Origin: an uncultured Alphaproteobacteria bacterium
GTDB lineage: Bacteria > Pseudomonadota > Alphaproteobacteria > Methylaequorales > Methylaequoraceae
Assembly: GCA_902563505.1 (NCBI GenBank)
Contig: CACEXK010000003.1
Coordinates: 19,076-83,075, forward strand
Direction: 5' to 3'
DNA length: 64,000 nt
In this document: piece after piece, positions 55,598 through 64,000 of the stretch
How the letters are laid out: each line of letters begins with the position of its first letter
How positions within the stretch are numbered: position 1 is the first letter of the stretch
The notes under the pieces: model-generated
The model's input: only the letters and a program-made list of their open reading frames with translations
Database searches by the model: none
Told to the model about the DNA's origin: nothing
Position numbers and translations under genes: made by a program

Positions 55598-56044
55598 ATG
55601 GAAAAATTTGAAAATATAAGTGAGTTAATACTAGCATTACTGTTATGGATAACAAGTAATACGGATTATAAAAATCCAAGTCAAATGCCAAATATAGAAT
55701 TTTTAGAACAAGAAAAACTTTCAGAAATTGCATGTGGACGAGATTGTGAAATTTTAGCCTATACACCAATCAAACCAAAATATACAATTTACCTCTCAAC
55801 GCATCTAGATCCTATGACTGATGTTTGTCACAGAGGAATTTTGCTACACGAACTTATTCATATTGTCCAGGATGATCAAAACATTTTTTCAGAGTATGAA
55901 CAAAAAACAAAGAAACATTTGAGAGAAATGGATGCACTGGTCAAACATAATATTTATCTAAGTCAGTATGGGAAAAAAATCCTTTATAGCAACGGTTTTG
56001 CTGCAAAATTTAAAACAGAGCAAAAAAACACTCTTTATTGCTAA
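55598..56044 (+). CDS. Small hypothetical protein with an HExxH motif (148 aa)
   Basis: The N-terminus is hydrophobic. A single HELIH sits within GILLHELIHIVQDD. Cys residues lie at CGRDCE and near the motif. I recognise no family. Confidence 0.5.
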   Translation: MEKFENISELILALLLWITSNTDYKNPSQMPNIEFLEQEKLSEIACGRDCEILAYTPIKPKYTIYLSTHLDPMTDVCHRGILLHELIHIVQDDQNIFSEYEQKTKKHLREMDALVKHNIYLSQYGKKILYSNGFAAKFKTEQKNTLYC

Positions 56045-56757
56045 AAGTTTAGTTTAGAGGATAATTCGTCATATCCTACATAACCAAAAATTACCTCATC
56101 ATTTATTACAAAAACCGGCGTTCCTTTAAGACCAAGCACTTTTGCTAATTCAACATCTTTTTTTATCTCATTATCTAAATATTCTTTCTTCAGATCATTA
56201 AAAATTTCTTGGGTGTTTAATTCCAAATCTAACAAAATTTTTTTAATCTTTTCATCATCAACAATACCTCTATGCTCAATTACTAAATTATGAAAATCAT
56301 TGAAAAGTTTAGTATTTTTGTCTGCTAACAATACAGAAATTTTTGCGAGTTTTAAAGATTGTTCGGACAAAATGGGGAAGTTCTTATATATAATCTTAAC
56401 TTCAGGGTCATTTGCTATTAGTTTCTTTATGTCTATATGTGCTTTTTTGCAGTATGTGCAATTGTAATCAAAAAATTCAATTAATACTTTCCTGCCAGAT
56501 TTATTTCCGCTAAAAAGTCCATTAGATGAGTCTAATAGAGTTTTCTGATTAAACTCAATATTTTTCTTTGTTTTTAATTTCTCATTTCTTTCAACTTTTT
56601 TTTCGTAATTCTCTAGAGATTTTAAAATCACCTCTGGATTATTTAGTAAGAATTCCTCTATTTTTTTTTCAATTGTTTCAGACAATGAATAATTATTAAA
56701 TGTCATAAAGAATGAGAAAAATAATAATTTTAAAAATAATGTAGGATTAGTATGCAT
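56041..56757 (-). CDS. DsbA-family thiol:disulfide oxidoreductase (periplasmic)
   Basis: It has a signal peptide, the active site FFDYNCTYCKKAH (CxxC) and the C-terminal block ...GLKGTPVFVIND... Confidence 0.85.
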   Translation of the reverse strand: MHTNPTLFLKLLFFSFFMTFNNYSLSETIEKKIEEFLLNNPEVILKSLENYEKKVERNEKLKTKKNIEFNQKTLLDSSNGLFSGNKSGRKVLIEFFDYNCTYCKKAHIDIKKLIANDPEVKIIYKNFPILSEQSLKLAKISVLLADKNTKLFNDFHNLVIEHRGIVDDEKIKKILLDLELNTQEIFNDLKKEYLDNEIKKDVELAKVLGLKGTPVFVINDEVIFGYVGYDELSSKLNF

Positions 56758-56845
56758 ATTAAAAATTTAAAATTATTTAAAGTTTGTTGATATAATTAAT
56801 TAAATTAATATTTTAAAAGTTATAACTTTATGATTAAAAAATACA

Positions 56846-57640
56846 ATGAAAATCGACCATAAAGAATCATTTAAAGAATTTGGCGACCAATTTCTTTTTT
56901 ACAAAAATATTGATGAAGAAGATTATTGGGGGGGATTAGATATCTTCATTGATCAGCTCAAACCATTTGATCCAAATAAAGTTAAAAATAAAATTATTAT
57001 GGAAGTGGGAGTTGGTAATGGAAGAGTTCTCAGGCACATGCTTAAGTTTAAACCAAAACAAATTATTGCAGTTGATCCTGCTAAAAGCATAAAAGTAGCG
57101 AAAGAAAACAACCCTTCAAATAAAATTGACTTTTTGAATTTAAAAGCTGAGGAAATAAATTTTGAAAAAAAGTTTGATTATGTATTTTCTTTGGGTGTGA
57201 TTCATCATATACCTGACCATCAGATTGCTTGCCAAAAGATTTATAATTCTTTGAAAAAAAAAGGAAAGTTTATAGGTTGGGTTTATGGAAGTGAAGGTAA
57301 TGAATTATATTTATTAATTTTCAACAACCTAAGAAGAATTACTATAGCCTTGCCAGACAATGTTTTAAGAATAATTTGTCATTTTTTAAATCTCTCTTGT
57401 TATCTTTACATTTTTTTATGTAAAATTATGCCACTTCCAATGAGAAACTATATGTTAAGAATTTTTAATAAATGCTCATATAAAAAAAGAAATTTGATGA
57501 TATTTGATCAGCTCAACCCATCTTATGCTAAATATTTTAAGAAAGAAGAGTTAGAAAATATACTCAAGCAATCAGGCTTCAAAAAATTTGAGTTAATTCA
57601 TAGACATAAATATTCTTGGACCATAATTGCTGAAAAATAG
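56846..57640 (+). CDS. Class I SAM-dependent methyltransferase
   Basis: Motif I (MEVGVGNGRVL) and VFSLGVIHHIPD are present. The architecture resembles 19729-20514: a hydrophobic insert followed by a C-terminal alpha/beta tail. Confidence 0.75.
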   Translation: MKIDHKESFKEFGDQFLFYKNIDEEDYWGGLDIFIDQLKPFDPNKVKNKIIMEVGVGNGRVLRHMLKFKPKQIIAVDPAKSIKVAKENNPSNKIDFLNLKAEEINFEKKFDYVFSLGVIHHIPDHQIACQKIYNSLKKKGKFIGWVYGSEGNELYLLIFNNLRRITIALPDNVLRIICHFLNLSCYLYIFLCKIMPLPMRNYMLRIFNKCSYKKRNLMIFDQLNPSYAKYFKKEELENILKQSGFKKFELIHRHKYSWTIIAEK

Positions 57641-57650
57641 TTTTGTTTGA

Positions 57651-57739
57651 TGGTGCGAGCGGTGGGACTTGAACCCACAAGGGCGTTACCGCCCGCAGGA
57701 TTTTAAGTCCTGTCTGTTTACCAATTTCAGCACGCTCGC
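57651..57739 (-). tRNA. tRNA-Leu (anticodon UAA), CCA encoded
   Basis: I folded the minus strand by hand. The acceptor stem is GCGAGCG/CGCTCGC. The anticodon stem is CAGGA/TCCTG with loop CTTAAAA. There is a long variable arm (CGGGCGGTAACGCCCTT). The T arm is GTGGG-TTCAAGT-CCCAC, followed by discriminator A and CCA. Confidence 0.9.
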
Positions 57740-57815
57740 ACAAATAAAAATAAATTCGGAATTTAACATAAAACTATTTTTATATGAACTAGAAATTTCT
57801 ATTTAACAATGAAAT

Positions 57816-58025
57816 TTATTTTAAAATTTTTTTGAGGTTATCATTAATAATTTCCTTGGCAATTCTTTCTGCATTTTCATCAATCCACTCCTTAATTTCT
57901 TTATGGAAAATCTGATCATTAAAAGAATCCTCAGATGTTGTCTTTACTTTTTTTTTTTTTATTAGTTTTTTTTCAGATACTAAATTTTTTACTCTTTCTA
58001 GAATTTCTTTATTATCATCCGTCAT
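57816..58025 (-). CDS. Small PopZ/DUF2497-like protein (69 aa)
   Basis: The N-terminus (KEILERVKNLVSE) and C-terminus (IKEWIDENAERIAKEIINDNLKKI) resemble the conserved ends of alphaproteobacterial PopZ (MEEILASIRRIISE ... LKEWLDQNLPRIVE...). It overlaps the upstream ORF by 11 nt. Confidence 0.45.
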   Translation of the reverse strand: MTDDNKEILERVKNLVSEKKLIKKKKVKTTSEDSFNDQIFHKEIKEWIDENAERIAKEIINDNLKKILK

Positions 58026-58452
58026 AATTCAACCCAGATTCAATTCTTTTATCAACTGCGCTAATCAAACTATCAATATTTTTTTCACTTTTTTTATCTG
58101 AAATATTATTAGCTTTGATTTTGATATCATTCCTTAACTGATTGTATATTTGTTTATTTTTATCATAAGCTAGTTCATTTATATCTTTTCCAATTGTTTT
58201 AATTATTCTATTAGCAATATTTTTTGTTTTATTTGAATAAACATCTAAATTTATTAATTCTTGCCTATATAATTCTCTTAGTGCAAGTAATTTTTTTTCA
58301 GAATCCTCTAAAAAATCTTCAAAATCTTCAAGATTATACTCTTTATCAATTTTTATTTGTTTTTTTGAAACATTCCTTTTTATAGCTGTCAAAAATATCA
58401 ATAAAATAAATAAAAAAGCAAAAGGTATAACTTGAAAAGAAATATTTGACAT
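58015..58452 (-). CDS. Membrane-anchored coiled-coil protein (145 aa)
   Basis: One N-terminal TM segment (VIPFAFLFILLIFLTAI) is followed by a charged helical region. I recognise no family. Confidence 0.5.
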   Translation of the reverse strand: MSNISFQVIPFAFLFILLIFLTAIKRNVSKKQIKIDKEYNLEDFEDFLEDSEKKLLALRELYRQELINLDVYSNKTKNIANRIIKTIGKDINELAYDKNKQIYNQLRNDIKIKANNISDKKSEKNIDSLISAVDKRIESGLNYDG

Positions 58453-58503
58453 AATCCAAAATTAATTCAATTATATTCTAACATAACTTTTAGTTAAGTA
58501 TTA

Positions 58504-58881
58504 ATGAACAAAGAAAAAAAAATTGAAGATCTATTAAAATCCATCAGTGAACTCATTACTGAAGCTCAGGACGCAAGACTTAAAATAAATGAAGTAAGAA
58601 ATATCAGCTCAACTCCATCTGAAAAAGCAATCATTCCAAAAATTAATAAGAATGGAGAGAAAGAAAAAACTTTGACAAATTCTAACTGGAAAGATATTGA
58701 ATTTAAAAATTTTCAAAATTACCTTGAATCAAAAAATATAAAAAATAAAGAAATTATAGAAAAAAAAAAGAATATTTTTAAAGAAAAAATGGAGGAATGG
58801 ACAAAAAAAAATCTTAAACAAATCTTTGAAAATCAAATTAACTTGAAATCTAAAGAGTTAATTGCAGAAAAATTAAAATAA
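58504..58881 (+). CDS. PopZ/DUF2497-like protein (125 aa)
   Basis: The N-terminus is IEDLLKSISELITE, the middle is low-complexity and K/E/N-rich, and the C-terminus is MEEWTKKNLKQIFENQINLKSKELI. The layout matches PopZ family proteins. Confidence 0.45.
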   Translation: MNKEKKIEDLLKSISELITEAQDARLKINEVRNISSTPSEKAIIPKINKNGEKEKTLTNSNWKDIEFKNFQNYLESKNIKNKEIIEKKKNIFKEKMEEWTKKNLKQIFENQINLKSKELIAEKLK

Positions 58882-59619
58882 CCTGGGTTGTCCATTTTTC
58901 GATTCAAGGAATTCTATTATTAATTTACCTGCCAAATCTACTTTTTTTTTGTCTTCACCTTTAACCAGTAATGACACACCAAATGAATTTTTTTTAAAAT
59001 AAGGGTAGCTTCCAATTTCAAGATCTTTAAATGTTTGCTGAACAGAGGTTAAATATTCACCAATTATTCCTTCAGATAAGATGGTTGTAATATTTATTTT
59101 AAAAATTTTTGATTGTTTTTCAAATGTTCTTAAAAATTCTGATAACATTACTTCTAAAATTTTAGGTACACCTGGGAAAACAAAAACATTTTCAATAAAA
59201 AAACCAGGTGCTATGCTTACAGGATTATCAATTAGTTTAGCTTTAGATGGCATATAAGCCATTTTCAGTCTTGATTTTGTAAATAAATCGTCAGAATAGT
59301 GGTTTTCTAGACGACTTTTAGCCTCTTTATTAATAACTAATTTATCATCAAATGCTGCAGTGACTGATTCTGATGTGATGTCATCATGCGTGGGACCAAT
59401 ACCCCCAGTGGTAAAAACATAGTCAAAATTTAATCTATAATTATTTACCTTCTCAATTATTTTTTTTTTTTCATCGGGTATTATTGAAATTTCTTTACAT
59501 ATTATACCAATTTCAGTGAGTTGATTACATATATAATTAGAATTTTTTTCAAGTGTTCTACCTGAAAGAATCTCATTGCCAATTATAATAATTGCAGCCT
59601 TTTTTCTTTTTGTTTTCAT
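58873..59619 (-). CDS. CinA-like molybdopterin-binding (MoCF_biosynth) domain protein
   Basis: AAIIIIGNEILSGRTLEKNSNYI and ...TTGGIGPTHDDIT... are present. Confidence 0.85.
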   Translation of the reverse strand: MKTKRKKAAIIIIGNEILSGRTLEKNSNYICNQLTEIGIICKEISIIPDEKKKIIEKVNNYRLNFDYVFTTGGIGPTHDDITSESVTAAFDDKLVINKEAKSRLENHYSDDLFTKSRLKMAYMPSKAKLIDNPVSIAPGFFIENVFVFPGVPKILEVMLSEFLRTFEKQSKIFKINITTILSEGIIGEYLTSVQQTFKDLEIGSYPYFKKNSFGVSLLVKGEDKKKVDLAGKLIIEFLESKNGQPRLF

Positions 59620-59668
59620 TTTCTTTACTATGAGTCTAATATTTTTTACTATACATTATTCTTTTTTT

Positions 59669-60457
59669 ATGACCAACGATATCAAATTACATAATAGTGA
59701 TGACTTCAAAGGAATGAGGAAAGCTGGGAGGCTAGCTTCTGATTGTCTGGACTATATTACTGAATATATAAAACCTGGAATTTCTACCTCTGAAATAAAT
59801 GAACTATGTCATGACTTTCAGGTTAAAAGGGGTGCTATTCCAGCTCCACTAGATTATAAAGGTTTCCCAAAATCAATATGTACTTCTGTAAATCATGTAG
59901 TGTGTCATGGAATTCCTGGGGAAAAAATACTAAATGAAGGAGATATCTTAAATATTGATGTGACACCCAAACTAAATGATTGGCATGGTGATACAAGTAG
60001 AATGTTTTATGTTGGAGAAGTAAAGCTTAAAGCAAGAAAACTTGTAGAAACCACTTATGAAGCAATGCTCAGAGGAATAGAACAGGTCAAGCCGGGAAAT
60101 ACTACAGGAGATATTGGGCATGCTATTCAAACTTTTGTTGAAAAAAAAAACTACTCAGTTGTTAGAGATTTTTGTGGGCATGGATTAGGTAAAGATTTTC
60201 ACTCTCAACCAAGCATTCTACATTTTGGTGAGGCTGGTGATGGAATTGAACTTGCAGAGGGTATGTTTTTTACAATTGAACCAATGATTAATGCCGGAAA
60301 CTTTAAAATAAAAATTTTGTCAGATGGCTGGACTGCAGTAACATGTGACAAATCACTTTCAGCCCAATTTGAACACACGATCGGAGTAACAAAAAATGGC
60401 TATGAAATTTTCACATTGTCAGAAAAAAAATTTTTTTTTCCACCATATTTAAGCTAA
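59669..60457 (+). CDS. map: Methionine aminopeptidase type I
   Basis: ...VCHGIPG..., ...DVT...GDTSRMF..., ...GHGLG..FH..., ...FTIEPM... and ...SAQFEHT... are present. The start was moved to the ATG at 59669, because the track start 59576 adds a spurious hydrophobic extension that overlaps cinA. Confidence 0.93.
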   Translation: MTNDIKLHNSDDFKGMRKAGRLASDCLDYITEYIKPGISTSEINELCHDFQVKRGAIPAPLDYKGFPKSICTSVNHVVCHGIPGEKILNEGDILNIDVTPKLNDWHGDTSRMFYVGEVKLKARKLVETTYEAMLRGIEQVKPGNTTGDIGHAIQTFVEKKNYSVVRDFCGHGLGKDFHSQPSILHFGEAGDGIELAEGMFFTIEPMINAGNFKIKILSDGWTAVTCDKSLSAQFEHTIGVTKNGYEIFTLSEKKFFFPPYLS

Positions 60458-61755
60458 TGATACCAAGATATTCAAGAAAAGAAATCTCAAAAATTTGGGA
60501 ACAAAAAAATAAATTTCAAATATGGCTAGATATAGAAATTCTTATTTGTGAAGCTCTAGCCAAAGAGGGCGAAATACCAGCATCAGCTTTAAAAAACATT
60601 AAACAAAAAGCAAAATTTGAAATCGATAGGATTGATGAAATTGAAAAAGAAGTGAAACACGATGTTATAGCTTTCCTAACAAATTTATCTGAATATATTG
60701 GAAATGATTCTAGGTTTATTCATCAAGGAGTTACCTCTTCTGATATACTTGATACAACTCTTTCAGTTCAACTAAAACAATCATGTAAAATAATTAAGAA
60801 TGAACTTCGAGGACTTATCGATGAAATTAAGAGCCTTGCACTTAATCATAAAAAAACTGTTTGTATTGGAAGAAGTCACGGCATTTTTGCTGAACCCACT
60901 ACTTTTGGTTTAAAAATGTTAAGTAAATTTTGCGAATTTGAAAGAAACTATAAAAGGTTCGTTCAGGCTGAAAAGGACATTTCTGTATGCGCAATCTCTG
61001 GTGCTGTAGGGACTTTCGCAAATATTAACCCAAAAGTTCAAGATTATGTAGCAAAAAAGCTAGGACTGAAATCAGAAGATGTTTCAACTCAAATAATACC
61101 TAGAGATAGATATGCATCCCTTTTTTCAACAATAGCAATAATAGCATCTTCAATTGAAAATCTTTCAATAGAAATTAGACATCTACAAAGAAGTGAGATT
61201 AGAGAAGTTGAAGAGTTTTTTTCTAAAAAACAAAAAGGGTCATCAGCAATGCCACATAAAAGAAATCCTGTCTTATCAGAAAATCTAACAGGCATTTCAA
61301 GAGTTTTAAGATCTAATTCTATTCCAGCACTTGAAAATATTGCTCTTTGGCACGAAAGAGATATATCACATTCATCTGTAGAAAGAATTATTTGCCCTGA
61401 AAGTTTAATCTTACTTGATTTTGCTTTAAATAGAATGAAAGAGGTAATAAAGAATTTGGTTGTAAATAAAAAGAGTATGCTAGAAAATTTAAAAAAAACA
61501 AAGGGACTTTATAATTCTCAAAGAGTCTTACTTCTTTTAATAAAAAAAGGTATGTCTCGAGAAAAGGCTTATGAGATAGTTCAAAGTGTTGCAATGGTTT
61601 CATGGGAAAAAAATATTGACTTTAAAACTCTTTTAAAAAGAAACGGTAAAATCAAAAAATATATTAACTACAAAGAAATAGAAGAAATTTTCGACTTAAA
61701 TTATCATCTAAAAAATATAGAAAAGATTTTCAAAAAAGTGTTGGGTAAAAAATGA
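60457..61755 (+). CDS. purB: Adenylosuccinate lyase
   Basis: MIPRYSR.EIS.IW and the signature [11 protein letters not shown] are present. The protein is 432 aa. Confidence 0.96.
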   Translation: MIPRYSRKEISKIWEQKNKFQIWLDIEILICEALAKEGEIPASALKNIKQKAKFEIDRIDEIEKEVKHDVIAFLTNLSEYIGNDSRFIHQGVTSSDILDTTLSVQLKQSCKIIKNELRGLIDEIKSLALNHKKTVCIGRSHGIFAEPTTFGLKMLSKFCEFERNYKRFVQAEKDISVCAISGAVGTFANINPKVQDYVAKKLGLKSEDVSTQIIPRDRYASLFSTIAIIASSIENLSIEIRHLQRSEIREVEEFFSKKQKGSSAMPHKRNPVLSENLTGISRVLRSNSIPALENIALWHERDISHSSVERIICPESLILLDFALNRMKEVIKNLVVNKKSMLENLKKTKGLYNSQRVLLLLIKKGMSREKAYEIVQSVAMVSWEKNIDFKTLLKRNGKIKKYINYKEIEEIFDLNYHLKNIEKIFKKVLGKK

Positions 61756-62504
61756 AAAAAAAAATATATGAAGGAAAAGCTAAAGTTATATATAAAGGGA
61801 AAGACCCTAATACTTTAATACAATATTTCAAGGATGACGCAACTGCTTTTAATAATAAAAAAAAGGGGGTAATACCGGGAAAAGGGGTAATCAATAATTT
61901 CATATCTGAATTATTAATGACAAGACTTACAGATATTAATATCCCAAATCACTTCATTAAAAGATTAAATATGAGAGAACAACTGATCAGAAAGTTAGAA
62001 ATCATTGCAATTGAAGTAGTTGTAAGAAATATTGCTACAGGTTCATTAGTAAAAAGACTAGGAATAGAGGAAGGAAAAATATTATCAAGGCCAATTATAG
62101 AGTTTTATTTAAAGGATGATAAATTAAATGATCCAATTATTTCTGAGGAACATATAATTGCTTTCGAATGGGCAACGCATAATGAACTTGAAGAAATAAT
62201 TTCACTCTCAGCAAGAATTAATGATTTTTTAACGGGTTATTTTTACTCTCAAAAAATAAGGCTGGTAGATTTTAAATTAGAATTTGGAAGATTATGGGAA
62301 AATCATGATTGTACAATTATGCTCGCAGATGAAATCAGTCCTGATAACTGTAGATTATGGGATATGCAAACTAATGAGAAACTCGATAAAGATAGATTTA
62401 GACAAGATCTTGGAAAAGTTGATAAAGCTTATAAAGAGGTTGCCTACAGACTTGGTGTTTTATCTGAAAAGGAATTTAAAAAGGTTTTGAAAAATGATTT
62501 TTAG
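61752..62504 (+). CDS. purC: SAICAR synthetase
   Basis: YEGKAK.IY, ...LIPLEVVVRN-like [14 protein letters not shown] and ...DKDRFR.DLG... are present. Confidence 0.95.
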   Translation: MKKKIYEGKAKVIYKGKDPNTLIQYFKDDATAFNNKKKGVIPGKGVINNFISELLMTRLTDINIPNHFIKRLNMREQLIRKLEIIAIEVVVRNIATGSLVKRLGIEEGKILSRPIIEFYLKDDKLNDPIISEEHIIAFEWATHNELEEIISLSARINDFLTGYFYSQKIRLVDFKLEFGRLWENHDCTIMLADEISPDNCRLWDMQTNEKLDKDRFRQDLGKVDKAYKEVAYRLGVLSEKEFKKVLKNDF

Positions 62505-62727
62505 AGTTTATGTAAATTTCAAGAAAGGTATATTAGATCCCGAGGCAGAGGCAATTAAACAAACAATAACTAGTATGGGTTACAAACCAATCACAAATAT
62601 TGTTAAAGGCAAATTTTTTGATATAGAGGTTGATACTAATCAAGATTATTTCTCTCAGATAGAAAAAATAAGCAAAGATCTATTATCAAATCCTGTGATA
62701 GAAAATTTTAAAATTATTAAAAAGTAA
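62494..62727 (+). CDS. purS: FGAM synthase subunit PurS
   Basis: A 77-aa protein (...[14 protein letters not shown]...) that lies between purC and purQ. Confidence 0.9.
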   Translation: MIFRVYVNFKKGILDPEAEAIKQTITSMGYKPITNIVKGKFFDIEVDTNQDYFSQIEKISKDLLSNPVIENFKIIKK

Positions 62728-62734
62728 GTTACTA

Positions 62735-63430
62735 GTGGCAGGAAAAAAAGATATTTCAATTATAATCTTTCCGGGTTCAAATTGTGATAGAGATCTTATG
62801 GTGGCAATTAACAAATGCATGGGGGTGATGCCCAAATTAGTTTGGCATAAAACATATCATATAAAAAAAACTGATATGATCTTTCTTCCTGGAGGCTTTT
62901 CTTTTGGAGACTATCTCAGAGCTGGAACAATAGCAACCAAATCACCAGCTACTAAAGAGATAATCAGATTATCAAAAAAAGGTGTTCCAATCATTGGTAT
63001 CTGCAATGGTTTTCAAATCCTCACAGAGTGTAAATTACTTGATGGAGCATTAATTAAAAATTTTGGACAACTTTTTAAGTGCAAAGAAACTTTTCTTAAA
63101 GTTGTAAATAATAAAAATAAGTTCTTAAAAAACCTTAATCTAAATTCTATTTTAAATTTTCCTATAGCCCATTCTCAGGGTAATTTCCATATTGACGAAA
63201 GTGGTCTCAAAAAACTTGAGGATAATAATCAGATAGTTTTTAAATATTCATCGAAACTCGGAAAAGTTGATGAATTTAATAATCCAAACGGATCTGTTAA
63301 AAATATTGCAGGAATTATTAATAAAGAAAAAAATGTTTTAGGTTTAATGCCTCATCCTGAAAGAGCTGTAGAAAAAAATACTAGCAAAGATGGAATTGAT
63401 TTTTTTAAAAGTATCCGAGAAATAATATGA
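62735..63430 (+). CDS. purQ: FGAM synthase glutaminase subunit PurQ
   Basis: GTG start. FPGSNCDRD, the catalytic GICNGFQIL and the C-terminal MPHPER are present. Confidence 0.95.
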   Translation: MAGKKDISIIIFPGSNCDRDLMVAINKCMGVMPKLVWHKTYHIKKTDMIFLPGGFSFGDYLRAGTIATKSPATKEIIRLSKKGVPIIGICNGFQILTECKLLDGALIKNFGQLFKCKETFLKVVNNKNKFLKNLNLNSILNFPIAHSQGNFHIDESGLKKLEDNNQIVFKYSSKLGKVDEFNNPNGSVKNIAGIINKEKNVLGLMPHPERAVEKNTSKDGIDFFKSIREII

Positions 63431-64000
63431 AAAAAGAGGTTATAACTTCGCAATTAATTAAGAATCATGGATTATCTGATGAGGAATTCAGTTTAATAAT
63501 AAAAATCTTAAATAGAAAACCAAATTTGCTTGAGCTTGGGATTTTTTCAGTAATGTGGAGTGAACATTGCTCATACAAGTCTACAAAAAAATGGTTAAAA
63601 ACTCTCCCCACAAAAGGAGAAAGAGTTATATGTGGTCCTGGTGAAAATGCTGGAATAATTGATATCGGAAATAACGATGCAATAGTATTTAAGATGGAAA
63701 GTCATAATCACCCTTCCTTTATCGAACCTTATCAAGGTGCGGCTACTGGTGTTGGAGGAATCATGCGAGATGTTTTTACTATGGGAGCCAGACCCATCGC
63801 AAACCTTAACTCCCTGCGATTTGGAGATCCATCTAATCCAAAAACAAAAAACCTTTTGAGAGGAGTTGTTAAAGGTATAGGTGACTATGGCAATTGTGTT
63901 GGTATCCCAACAGTTGGTGGAGAGTGTTTTTTTAACAAAAGTTATAATAAAAATATTTTGGTTAATGCAATGTGTGTTGGATTGGTTAATAAGAAAAAAA
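63427..64000 (+). CDS. purL: FGAM synthase subunit PurL (5' part, runs off the window)
   Basis: ...[17 protein letters not shown]... and ...[25 protein letters not shown]... are present. Its start overlaps the purQ stop (ATGA). Confidence 0.95.
   Translation, partial: MKKEVITSQLIKNHGLSDEEFSLIIKILNRKPNLLELGIFSVMWSEHCSYKSTKKWLKTLPTKGERVICGPGENAGIIDIGNNDAIVFKMESHNHPSFIEPYQGAATGVGGIMRDVFTMGARPIANLNSLRFGDPSNPKTKNLLRGVVKGIGDYGNCVGIPTVGGECFFNKSYNKNILVNAMCVGLVNKKK

Noticed and set aside
55598-57739. A genomic island integrated at tRNA-Leu (the genes 3' of the tRNA: HExxH protein, DsbA-like, methyltransferase).
   Set aside because: There is no integrase, no direct repeat of the tRNA 3' end, no mobility genes and no obvious compositional break. 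It looks like ordinary chromosomal context.
1-64000. CRISPR arrays, transposases or IS elements, prophage genes, toxin-antitoxin pairs or known defence-system signatures.
   Set aside because: I saw no regularly spaced direct repeats at the nucleotide level. None of the ORFs shows nuclease, helicase, integrase or transposase motifs. The MORN/YwqK-like protein has a signal peptide and no partner toxin gene.

Overview
About 64 kb of a visibly AT-rich, tightly packed bacterial chromosome. Many start and stop codons overlap, and spacers are often under 40 nt. I estimate roughly 30% G+C from sampled lines; this was not computed. The gene content fits a streamlined, probably marine, alphaproteobacterium: recA-alaS, psd-pssA, purB-purC-purS-purQ-purL, a rod-binding-only FlgJ, and a GTTC-N7-GTTC box at recA. 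This taxonomic call is inference only.

Layout:
1. 1-13.8 kb, minus strand: a late flagellar locus, flgG-flgH-flgI-flgJ-flgK-flgL, then one orphan ORF, two short tandem flagellins and one long flagellin. FlgK is 1794 aa, about three times the usual size, and carries internal repeat modules. Three near-perfect sigma-54 (-24/-12) promoters sit in front of flgG, flgL and the long flagellin.
2. 13.9-21.2 kb: a ferritin-like protein, a BASS transporter, Mop plus a binding-protein-less tungstate/molybdate-type ABC pair, redox proteins, two tiny ORFs and a small envelope cluster (O-antigen-ligase-like, methyltransferase, MORN).
3. 21.2-38.6 kb: housekeeping genes (guaAB, rlmE, ppx, RND efflux pair, pssA/psd, LysM protein, icd, alaS, recA, dksA, gmhB-like).
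4. 38.6-47.3 kb: a formate-oxidation and Mo-cofactor module (fdsB/fdsA-like NAD-type FDH, OFA-family MFS transporter, mobA, fdhD, moaA). The MFS gene is split by a frameshift at an 11-nt G/C homopolymer.
5. 49.2-54.7 kb: all seven dedicated queuosine genes (queA, tgt, queF, queD, queE, queC, queG) in one 5.4-kb block.
6. 54.6-64 kb: pip, a small HExxH protein, a DsbA-like protein, a methyltransferase, tRNA-Leu(UAA), three small coiled-coil proteins (two PopZ/DUF2497-like), cinA-like, map, purBCSQ and the 5' part of purL.

I saw no CRISPR array, transposase, integrase or recognisable defence system. The most unusual material is the flagellar locus: the giant modular FlgK and the sigma-54 wiring, including a possibly leaderless flgL.
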